Shown: positions 39,857-51,000 of the stretch, in pieces
How the letters are laid out: every line of letters begins with the position of its first letter
How positions within the stretch are numbered: position 1 is the first letter of the stretch
Source: Lingula anatina
Lineage: Eukaryota > Animalia > Brachiopoda
Assembly (NCBI GenBank): GCA_051362555.1
Contig: CM120640.1
Coordinates: 57,018,788-57,082,787 of the forward strand
Length of the DNA: 64,000 nt
Direction of reading: 5' to 3'
Program-made: the position numbers and the translations under genes
The notes under the pieces: generated by a model
What the model saw: only the letters and a program-made list of their open reading frames with translations
What the model was told of the DNA's origin: nothing
Databases searched by the model: none

Positions 39857-42800
39857 ATGGGATCTGAAGACGACAGCGCAAAGAGGAATGAAGGTAAATA
39901 TTTTGATAGCCAAGCGCTGGGCATACAGAAAACCGAAAATGTTGGTAAAACCGTACGTACTTCACCCTAGTACAAATTTAAAATGCTCTGTTGCATGCAC
40001 TTGAAACTGAAGCATTTGAAGGCCTTCCTCTACTAGTATTTTGTCTGACAGGTTATGGATTTACTGCAGGCCTGTATGGTGTACATGTGTATCGACCGAA
40101 TCTAGTCTATTATACCCCACAGTTTTAGACTTCGAACCGTAATCCCACCGAAAGGGATACTATTAATAGGAGATCCACACACATAAATATCCTTTTTTTA
40201 ACCGATACCGAAGTCAGGTATCGGTAAAAAAGGTATGTGTGAGTGTGTGTGTGTGTGTGTGTACCTCCTGCTACTACCCTAAGATGTAAAAGTGACTTGA
40301 CCTGATATTTTGGAGTTCTACATGTATAGCAAAGAACTAGGATTACTAACCAAAATTGATCAAAATTGTATCAAGGACTTGTGCACACCAGCAGTAGGAT
40401 GAATAGCACGTACAGCTGGATGGGTCATTGGGTCTAGCACTGACTGAATTCTGGGTTATAATATTTATGTTACAGTTAATGCATTTAGTCTGATCAGATT
40501 GCCTTTCTTTATAAGTCTGTATTAACACAAGTTTCATTGCCATTCCAGTATTTAGATCTAAAGTCCTGAAGACAATATACCCAAAAGAAGGAGGCACAGA
40601 CCCAGTCCTGTCTGACAGTGATGAAGATATACATGTACCCACTCAAATACAAATTCTGCAACCCAAGAAGTCAAAGATGTACACAGTGACTCCTCCTCCA
40701 GAGGGTTTTGACTATGAAGATGCCACTCATTTGATCTCTCATGTGATGCAGCAAGATTCTGAGTCTTTAGATAATGCCAGTGGCAGTGAAGGTATTCAGT
40801 GAACTTAGATCTACCTATTATCTTAATGGTGGTAACAATGTAGACATTCAACAAAATATGTCTCTTCATGCAAGTTTCCGTTAAGTGTAAATTTAAGTTA
40901 CTTGATTGCATCAATATATATTTTTCTTCACAAATTTCTATTTCAACTTTTGGGAATATTTAAAGAAATCAATGTGCTTTATTGTTTTAAATTTTTATTA
41001 AAATATTTTTGTGTCAGGGGACGGTACTACACAGTATAAAAGAAGAAAAAGGAAAAGACATGGCAAACCATTTCATGCAAGGGAACAAGCAGTTGTCTCC
41101 ACTGCTGAAGGAATGGATCCTGCCAGCCCTACAAAAACAAACTGCGGAAACAAAGTGGATTCAAATAAGTCTGATGCTTGTAAGGATTCTAATCTTGATG
41201 ATGATTTAAAAAGTACTACAGGAATTCCAAACACTCATAATCTTACAAAGAATCAAAAACGGAAATTGAAGAAAAAAAGAAGGAAAGAAAAAGTAAAGGG
41301 AAAGGAGCTGGATGTATTAAGCAAAGACTTCACTTATGACTCGGAAAGGCATCAAGTCAAGTGTGAAGAATTACAAAGGTGAGAAGGAATTGATTTGTAG
41401 GTAATTAAAACATGATTTTTAAAATATAAATCTAGATAGATTTTATAGCATTGGCTGTTGCCAGAAATTGGTACAATACTCACGTATAATTACACCAAAG
41501 ACTTTAAAACTGTTTATTTTGAAAAGAGAAGGATAAAGTATAATGAGTATAATGGTAGAGTAAAGTGATGATTGAGAATGGTAATGCATTATAATTCTTT
41601 CTATCCAGAGAAAAGATGTTGGTTTGCCGAAAGAGTTTCAAAGAATTTCTGACCAACTTATGGGAAGTGTATTCCTCTGAAGGTAAATCCTGTTAAACAC
41701 CCATATTTATCAACCAATAATTTTAATGCTTTTTTAAGTTTGCTTCAAACACGGTATTTACTAGCTAACATTATTATTATTGTAGTAACAATTTTTTTTT
41801 TATTTGCAGCTCAAATACACAGTGATAATACTACTTATTGCAAGTTTAAAGATCCAGTAACGAAATTTCTTCAGTCAATTGATGATGAGACATTATTATC
41901 AGACAGTGATGTGAGTTATCTTGACAGAATCAAGACTGTCCTCTTATTGAAAGATAGAGAAAGGTTTGGATTGCTTATGAAGGATTGGAGAGAACATTCT
42001 AAAGTGGAAATAGGTACAGTCTACTAGAAGATACGATACAATGTTTAATTTTTTTTTACTATTTTCACTTTTATAACATAAAGAATGAATTTTAGAACAT
42101 TGTGCTGGTTACCATCAGTGCCCTTAACCAATTGAAGTAGGTGGTCAGCTGGCTCAAGGCTTAGACTGAAATAAAGCTATTAAGATCGCATTCACAACGA
42201 GTTGAGCCAGGCTTTACAAATCTTGGAACTAAATATGGTGGACGTACATGAAAGAAAAATCGCCTAATCTTTTAATAGTCTCTCCGCCTCTCACACGCCT
42301 CCCCACACGTCGTCCCTGCGGGGTACAGTCATTAAATCTCAGCACTGTTCGCCATGTGGAAGCTACCTGAGAAAAAGAAATGAATTGGCCTGTAGAGCAG
42401 CTATGAATCGGGATCAAAATCGTGAAAACGCCCCCCCCCCTTCCAGTTCGATCAGGCGTAGGGAACAAGGCAAACATCAACATCAGAACGAACTGCACCC
42501 TCTGACGAGACTGCATACGCAAAAATTCTGCCCTCCTCCTCCTCCGTCCACTAGGGCTGGGTATCTCCATGAATATCTCCGTGAATATCTCTGGCGACAT
42601 TATCTCCGTAGATAGCCGATTCATTGCTGCACTACGGGCCAATTCATTTATTTTTCGTCTCTGTTTTGAAAGATAATAGAACAGAAGAGCTTTTTTCCTT
42701 CGATCGCCTCCAGCCGCCATGCTTTCTTCACCTCGAGTTTAATTGATGAGCATGCGCACTTAATATTTCTCAGGTAGCTTCCGCATGGCGAACGGAGTCG

Positions 42801-43116
42801 AGATTTAATGACTGTACCCCGCAGGGACGACGTGTGGGGAGGCGTGTGAGAGGCGGAGAGACTATTAAAAGATTAGGTGGTTTTTCTTTCATGTACGTTC
42901 GCCATATTTAGTTCCAAGATTTGTAAAGCCTGGCTCAACTCGTTGTGAATGCGATCTAAGCTTCCAGCGACATCAGTTGTAATAATCCCACATAAAGCCC
43001 AGATATATAATAATATGTAGCAATACGAAACAAAAATATTTTTTGGCATTTCAGAATTTGTCCATGCTGTTTGTAAACTTTCGGAGTATTGGCTGTCGTC
43101 AGTGGTGACTTCATGA
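39857..43116 (+). CDS. ERICH1: Glutamate-rich protein 1-like (6 coding exons)
   Basis: Exons 39857-39893, 40549-40791, 41018-41378, 41609-41682, 41810-42013, 43055-43116, with frames consistent. Blocks VFRSKVLKTIYP, MYTVTPPPEGF, TKNQKRKLKKK, FTY, EFLTNLWEVY, SDVSYLDRIKTVLLLKDRER and EYWL parallel the conserved blocks I recall from ERICH1. Confidence 0.82.
42184..42956 (-). mobile_element. Non-autonomous PIF/Harbinger-like element with ~190-bp TIRs in ERICH1 intron 5
   Basis: Long near-perfect inverted repeats (GATCGCATTCACAACGAG...AGCTACCTGAGAAA and reverse complement) with TAA TSD at 42181-42183 and 42957-42959. Internal minus-strand ORF 42720-42229 has an Arg-rich/hydrophobic start typical of a truncated transposase. 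Confidence 0.85.
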
Positions 43117-43778
43117 CAAATCTTGCATCTTGGGGGCAGTCAGCAAAAGAGGCTGTTGATGTTCACGAAAATATAGAACAGGTTTGCTCTAGATTAATGA
43201 TTTTAACCCAGACAAAACATGGTGTTAGTCAGCATTTATATTCAAAGTTTTATCACAAAATGGTATTTTCTCTCAAGTAGTTTGTTTTTCTGCTCTTTTA
43301 GTTAAAAATGATGCAAAGGAATTCTGGTGCTTATTTTAATTGTTTCACACCTGAACTAAAAGACACAACTAAAAACTGTATGGAATTAACTGTTTAAAAT
43401 GCAGTGAGAGTTCTGTAAAATACAAGTTACTTAAGAAGATTACAAATTGAACTTTATGTTTCTTTTACAGCATGTGAGAGTAATGGACCTAAACGTGGAA
43501 ACTTAGGGTCAGGATCTGTTGAAAAAAAAAGGTGGATGCACCACCGAAGAAACTCAAGAACAACTAGAGGATCAGAGAGGCGATACCGCCTCCGAATATT
43601 GTACCACCAGCTGGAGCAAGCGCATTCGTATAGACCCCCACATACACAAAATAAGGGGTGCAGCCACCAGTTTTGTGCTTGACAAGCTGTAAAAATGCAA
43701 TCAACAAGAATTTTCAAAATATGCAAAAAATATATATAACTAAAAATGGTGCAATCAAAGTTAAGTTCATTGTAAGGT

Positions 43779-44756
43779 AGGTCAAAGGTCAATTTCAAGG
43801 TCACAGTAAATTGCCAGTATATGACTTCCTATCCAACTTCAATAGTAACTATGGACCTATCTCTGCCAGTTTTGGAGATAAAAGGGAAGCAAAATTTGCA
43901 AAGTTCAGTTCATGGTGAAAAGTAGGTCAAAGGTCAATTTCAAGGTCACAGTAAGATTGCCAGTATATGACTTCCTATTCAACTTCAATAGTAACTATGG
44001 ACCTATCTCTGCCAGTTTTGGAGATAAAAGGGAAGCAAAATTTGCAAAGTTCAGTTCATGGTGAAAAGTAGGTCAAAGGTCAATTTCAAGGTCACATTTA
44101 GATTGCCAGTATATGACTTCCTATTCAACTTCAATAGTAACTATGGACCTATCTCTGCCAGTTTTGGAGATAAAAGGGAAGCAAAATTTGCAAAGTTCAG
44201 TTCATGGTGAAAAGAAGGTCAAAGGTCAATTTCAAGGTCACAGTAAAATTGCCAGTATATGACTTCCTATGCAAGTTCAATAGTAACTATGGACCTATCT
44301 CTGCCAGTTTTGGAGATAAAAGGGAAGCAAATTTTGCAAAGTTCAGTTCAAGGTGAAAAGTAGGTCAAAGGTCAATTTCAAGGTCACAGTAAAATTGCCA
44401 GTATATGACTTCCTATTCAAGTTCAATAGTAACTATGGACCTATCTCTGCCAGTTTTGGAGATAAAAGGGAAGCAAAATTTGCAAAGTTCAGTTCATGGT
44501 GATAAGTAGGTCAAAGGTCAATTTCAAGGTCACAGTAAGATTGCCAGTATATGACTTCCTATTCAACTTCAATAGTAACTATGGACCTATCTCTGCCAGT
44601 TTTGGAGATAAAAGGGAAGCAAAATTTGCAAAGTTCAGTTCATGGTGAAAAGTAGGTCAAAGGTCAATGTCAAGGTCACAGTAAGATTGCCAGTATATGA
44701 CTTCCTATTCAACTTCAATAGTAACTATGGACCTATCTCTGCCAGTTTTGGAGATA
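43779..44756. repeat. Tandem array of 146-bp units (~6.7 copies)
   Basis: Units start AGGTCAAAGGTCA at 43779, 43924, 44070, 44216, 44362, 44508 and 44654, with only a few substitutions between copies. Confidence 0.97.
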
Positions 44757-45006
44757 TAAGGGACTAAATGTTATAATTTTGGAGTTACCATAATGTGCCA
44801 TAAATTTCCTACAGAAAAAATTAATTAAAATAAAGAAAAGGTCATTTTGGTCAAAGTTCTTGAAATGGGAGGTTCTCTGAAGTTGCAGAAGTTTAAATTT
44901 GATAAAATAATGTCATTTTTGACCACAAGTTGTCTGCTTTGCCAAGCATTATGTTTTATTTTTCCGGAGTTCAAAATTTATTATCCATTACCGTACTGCA
45001 CATTTT

Positions 45007-45298
45007 TACGGAAGCCGACTGGTGCCATATGTTGAAAAAAAAAATTATCTCGAAATTTCGAGATAGCATTTTTTTTGTTCAAATTTCAAAATACTGTCTC
45101 TAAATTTCGAGATAAATTTTTTTGCTCAAATATCAAAATGCTATCTCGAAATTTCGAGATAATTTTTTTTTTGATCAAATTTCAAAATGCTATCTCGAAA
45201 TTTCGAGATAAAAATTTTTTTTGTTCAAATTTCAAAATAGTATCTCGAAATTTTGAGATAATTTTTTTTTCTACATATGGCACCAGTCGGCTTCCGTA
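45007..45298. mobile_element. MITE with TAC...GTA ends and 6-bp TSD (IS3EU-like), nested in the larger element
   Basis: Perfect 26-bp TIRs TACGGAAGCCGACTGGTGCCATATGT / ACATATGGCACCAGTCGGCTTCCGTA. TSD CATTTT at 45001-45006 and 45299-45304. Interior is five ~45-bp repeats each holding the palindrome TATCTCGAAATTTCGAGATA or a variant. Confidence 0.85.
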
Positions 45299-46533
45299 CA
45301 TTTTCCTTTCACCACCAATATGTACTTTCTGATACAGCGTAACTCGAAAACCGTATGGAATACAAAAAAACCGAGACCACCTCCAGTGTTGGGCTTTACA
45401 TGCTCTACAAAATGAATGAAAAAGAATGGGTCTCTAGCATTAACGGTTCCCGAATTAGAGACAGTTTTCAGTTTCGGTATCTTATGGCCGCTACTCCTGT
45501 GAAAATGCACCGATTGACCCCAAATTCACGGAGATGAAAGATGACCTGAAGGGTAACACTTTCCAATAATATTATTGGTTAAGTCTGTGTGGCGTCTGAA
45601 TGACAGGGCAAAAAATTTTTTTTTCATAAAAAATTTCATTTTTTTGAAAATTTTGGCCCATTTGACCTTGAAGTAAAGGTCAAAGGTCAAATCCGAGGGT
45701 ATATTTGAAATCTACACATATGACTTTTGGAAAGCCGTCTGTAGAAATTTTTCCCGTAACTCCTTCCGTAGGGTAGATAATTAGCATTTAATTTTGCCAT
45801 TTTTGGACAAGGGTGCATTGCAATGAGTGCCACACCCAGACCCCAATACCGACAAAGCCCAAATTTTACGTGGAACGAGTTGAGATTATAGGTGACCTAA
45901 ATCCATGAGATGGGTATGGGGGGCCTTACCGTCTAGGAGGAGAAGCGGTAACGGTAGCCGTCCGGCGGAGCCGGCGGAGCCGGCGGAACGATCCGGACGA
46001 GACCGAAACCATGTGTACCGCCAGCGCTAACGCTGGTGGTACAATTAATAACCTGGCATTGTATAGATTAAAAAAATTAAGTCATTATTTGTCTGTCAGC
46101 ACTGTCTATATTGTTAGACCATTCCTAGAAATACTGCATGAGCCTTCAAGGCTGAAATTGTTAACAATTTTCTTGAACTTGTATTATTAGTCCAAGTATG
46201 AAATAATGAAATGTATTGACATTCAAGTTTGCCACAGTGTGCAACAAACCAATTTTGAAAGGATTTTAAAGTAAGGGACATAAAGTTTGAAAGAATTAAA
46301 AAAAAGTGCAGACAATGCTTTTTGAAAATAAAACTGGATTCGTTAAAAATAAATGATGCTGTTCATGTGTACACTGTTCAGTATTCCCGGGGCATTTTGT
46401 TAGAACCACAGATGGACGAAATTGCATCAACGCCTTGGAAAATAGTTTTTATGGAGTATTTTCTGTTGAATCACTCTTACTTAGGTATTACGGGTCAGAG
46501 ATAATGTTTGAACGTTCAATCATTGCAGTCTAA

Positions 46534-46757
46534 GGGTGCATTCCCAGAGATTTAGATCGATCCAGAGATTTAGATTTAGATCGACCTAACTCCCTGGGGG
46601 TTCACGCTAAATTGCAGTCAGCCGAGCACGCACCATAGTTAATTACCCCCTTACAGTTTTAGTAGGCGGGACAGACGCTTAAGCCGGCTAAGCTGACAGT
46701 AATCTAGTGAGACTCCCCACAGGGATAGATCGATCTAAAATCTATGGGAATGGGGTC
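46534..46757. mobile_element. Harbinger-type MITE, copy 1
   Basis: Ends GGGTGCATTCCCAGAGATTT / AAATCTATGGGAATG with TAA/TTA flanks. Body is shared with the copy at 52049-52264. Confidence 0.8.
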
Positions 46758-47849
46758 TTAGACATATTATGTTAATAGTGGTGATGCCGAAAAACACCAC
46801 AGTAAGTTACGTTAACCATGTTCACTTGTTTGTTTGAAATATATTCAGGCTGTTATTCATGTTTTTTTATTGATATATTTTTGAGAATATTCACCCAACT
46901 TTTTAAAGACTGTCTTCAGCCTAGTCTGCCTAGTTATATTCAAAGAATGTCTTTAACGATAAAATGGAGTCTTGTTCATCTGGAAGAGGTTGAAAGTGAC
47001 AAACCATCCACAGCTTAGATAAAACTGAATCCCTTTCTCCTCGGAAGATGAAAAATAAATTGCTGAAGTCGAGCAGTTTTCACTTTTCCTATCCGTTTTT
47101 ATAAAGGCACAACACCCAATCACTTTCTGCGCCACTTGAGATAAAAACGCAATTTGTGTGCAGTCAAACGTAGAACAAACATGCTCTAAATTGTGAGGCT
47201 TATGCTAATCGTTTTATCGTTGTTGTAATTCAGAATTGCTCAAGCTTTATTGTTGAAGATAAACAAAGCACGTTTGAAAATGTCAAAAAGCCATATTTTC
47301 ATTGTCTACATAGGCCTATCCGGCAAGACTAGGCCTACTTTTATACCTCTACATATGTTTAAATTCAGGCCTAAGAAAAAAATCCCTCAAATTGAGGTGG
47401 CAACATTTCCTCAGAAATGTAGCCCTACACAAATAGGCCTACAAGGCTGTATTAGTGACTGACCAATTATATAGCACTAATTCATTTGATTAGGCCTAGA
47501 AATGTAAAACATCATCGATTCAAGAGCAGGAGAAAGTTGCTTAAATTTTTTTCGAGGAAAATTTGATTTCGGGTGTGATTTGACAGGAAAATCGTGGAAA
47601 GTCTAAGATTAATTCGACAGAAGAAGATATTTAATTCTAACTTAATATCCCTAAACCAAAAAGTAAAAGGTAACGCATTTAGCCTACATATATATCCGTT
47701 TGGTTGTGATTGAAGCCCCTCGTTTGGCGTGCAGCCAAATTGAAAATTTGCCAAAAAAGAATTGGCTCACTGCCAAATGGCACTCATCCAAAAACATCAA
47801 TTAAAATCCACGGGGCATGTTTTATTAAGCCTCATACTGCCGAAGGCTT

Positions 47850-48095
47850 CATCAGATGACGTTGCGTTGTGTTGTGGCTTTGTTTAAAAAACTTTTTTTC
47901 ACCCAAATAATCATGTTTCGGATGGACTTTCTTTGCTGATTGGCTCAAGGCAAAGTGACGTCGCTGTATATGGGAAGTAGTCAAAGGATGATGGGAATGA
48001 AAATGGCTGACACATAGACGGCGGCTTTTACTCTTGGCGGGCGTTGGAGTTTGATAATATTGCCTTTTATACCGCTTGTCTTTAGATATGGCGGA
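47850..48095 (+). promoter_or_regulatory. TIF1 proximal promoter region
   Basis: CpG-retaining stretch with CRE-like TGACGT near 47857 and 47956, inverted CCAAT box (TGATTGGCT) near 47937, and ATGGCGG start context. Confidence 0.45.
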
Positions 48096-51000
48096 AAATA
48101 GTGAAGTGGCATCAAACAAAGAAGGAATTGTGGAGAAATCTGCTGATGAAAATGAAAGTGATGCATCGGAATTTGATATCAGCAAGTGCATAGCTTGTAA
48201 GAAAGTCTCAGTCGAAACCAAACTTCTCCCGTGTTTACATATATTATGTAGACCATGTCTTGATAAAAACGAAGTAGAAAGTAAGTATGGTTCACTTTAG
48301 GTTATTTTCGCTTCGTTTCATATAGTTTGCTTGATTGAAAAGTCTTCCTAAATGTGGAATTGAACTTGGGCAACTTACGTCATTAACATGATAGTCTACC
48401 TGAAATAGGGGCGAGGTATTTACTCTGCTAAATCGAAAAGTTAATGTTGAACCACGTTATTTGTAACAGTAAATCCAGATGCCTCAAAAGATTTTGCTAA
48501 GAAAAAAGTGCAATTTACATTTAAGGTTCATTTGGCAATTGCTCATAATGTCTTTCTATAGGTAATCGCTTGCCGGCCACCACTCTGTGAAGCTCTTAAC
48601 TCTGAAATATTTTTAAAGACTTTCTAACATTCCTGATTACTTTGATTAATATTTGAACAGAGGCATTAAAAGAAAATGATATTTAGTCTATATCCAAAAA
48701 GAAAAAGGCAAGTATTAGGAAAACTAGTGTCAGTGACCTGTGCATGTCCAGTGTTTTTATTATTATTACGTAGGGTACTGTAAGGGTATGTGATCATCCA
48801 GCTATCGAACATGATATTTTTTCTGCATTTAATTATTCAGTAATGCATATACTTTATCCTGGTTAAAAACAATAAAATTCCCCTTGAAAATTTAAATATC
48901 AGCCTTCACATTTTGCTTTGCAAAGCATAAGCCATGGACACCTCAAAGCGTTTAGTGTCAATCGGTTTGGGATGTTATTCCATCCCTGAGCAAGATGTTG
49001 TCATGAAATTGTTATAGTTGCAACTTGGTGACAAGTACATGGGCTTCAGTCCCTTACCATCATTTTGGTTTAAAAGTTTCTGTCATGGAGCTATGAGCTC
49101 CTAATTACTATGCATCATTGAACAAAAGGCTTTACTTAGCCTTATAAACGGTAAAATCTAATCTAAGGTTTTTAGGAAGAACTGCTGGCACGGTTGTGAC
49201 GTACTCAGTCGTTTCATTAAATTGGCATTGACACGATGTTCATTTGTGCTTTAGTAAAAGAGAAATTTGAGAGACCAATTTTGCTTTTTTTTACTGCTAA
49301 ATCAGAATTATGACGTCATTGGTAAAATGACATTTGTATAAATGCTGAAGAGTTACACTGGAGATTTATCTGTTATCTAGAAAATGTATGAAAGGAAGTA
49401 AATTGAAGTTTATTTACTAACCCTAACAGTATGATCAAATATGGCAGACGCTACATGAAAGCAAGATTTCCTAATCCCTTAATGATCCTTGGACTAGTTA
49501 GTCCGCTGTTGTGAATGCATTCTGAAAGCACCCTATTACTGGTTACAGGATTTTTCGCACTGCACTGACTGCAACTACTTGGAAATTTACTTTAATTTTA
49601 CTATTGGATTTACTGTTTTATTATTTGGACACTTTATATAAAATCAAAGGATTTAATTAAAACCCCGTTTTTGAGTATTAAAAACAACATAATGCTTGGA
49701 AGAAACCCTGCATATTGATATTTATTCAATTGATGATACAAGTAACAATGTGAGAGGGTCTCACTTAAAGATCTTCACTGGCGTCTAGTAGAAAATAATA
49801 GTTGTCACCTGTCATGTGAGATTAATATAAGTTACCAACCATCAGTCTTCCCATCTTCCTGGTCCAAACCCGGAAATACTCAACAAATATTTGAAGACCA
49901 CTTCCTTTTCACTGTGTCAGAGTTGAGTGATTGGTTGCCATTGTAACATTTTTATTTGCTGCAAAAGACAAATTTTGAATAGGGGTATTATTTTCATTAG
50001 TAAATAAGTGCTTAAAGCACTGTTTATATATATATTAAAGAAATTTATACAAATGATTTAAACAAAGAAATCATGTTTATGGTCTCTTTAAATTGGAAAG
50101 TTTGTTGATCTATGTTGCAATATGTTCTTTGTCCAGTATTTGTTAAGCATATGTTGAACAATTGGTAGTTAAATTTGTTTTAACAGGATCACTGCATTAT
50201 GTTATATCTTGCTTTGTTTCTCCAGAAAAGATTAAGTGTCCAGAGTGTTCCCAGGAGGCCAGCCTATCAGAAACCTTGGATAATATATTTGCAAAGATCT
50301 CTGCCAGCATTGCTGAGGCAGGATCGAAGGATGAAGCTGACAATAAGTGCACAGGTTGTGAAGAGGAGGCCTCTGCCACATCCTACTGTTTAGATTGCAC
50401 AGAATGGCTGTGTGACCAGTGTGTGCAGGCACACAGGAGGGTCAAAGTGACCAAAGATCACACCATTGAACCAAAGGATAATGTTCAAACTGGCCAATCT
50501 ACCCACAGGCATGAAAAGTACATTTACTGTCCTCGTCATAAACAGGAACCACTAAAATTGTTTTGTGAAACTTGTGACAAGTTAACCTGCAGGGACTGTC
50601 AGTTGGCTGAACATAAAGAGCACAAGTATCAGTTTGTACATGAATCCTCTGCCCAGCATAAGTTATCCTTGCAAGGACTGCTGCAGAAAATATGTGATAA
50701 AGCATCAAGTACTGCAAATGCCAAGCTCCTAGTGGATAGAAGAATGGCAGAAATTGACAGTGCTGAACGCAAATGTCAGGAGAATATTCAGGCTTTTGTT
50801 GGGAGTTTCATAGATGCAATAAAAGCCAGGTCAGAGCATCTGATGAGTAACTGTGCTGCCATCTGTCAGGCTAAAAGGAAAAGATTATCCATGATCAGTA
50901 AGGATATAGAGAGGCTGTCTGGGGTCTTGGCTTACTGTACCACATTTACAGAGAGAGCTGTCCAGGAAGGAACCAACACTGCTTTATTGTTTACAAAAAA

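Larger units (their letters stand above)
43682..46046 (+). mobile_element. Non-autonomous Helitron/Helentron (HINE)-like element carrying a tandem array
   Basis: Internal 146-bp tandem repeats, a short GC-rich (CCGGCGGAG)x3 tract near 45962-45988, and a subterminal hairpin TGTACCGCCAGCG-ctaa-CGCTGGTGGTACA at 46014-46043 followed by AT-rich flank. No TIR/TSD seen. Left boundary uncertain (about 43680-43705). Confidence 0.6.

Noticed and set aside
43779-44756. CRISPR-like array
   Set aside because: Units are contiguous near-identical 146-mers with no unique spacers, no cas genes, and the context is eukaryotic.
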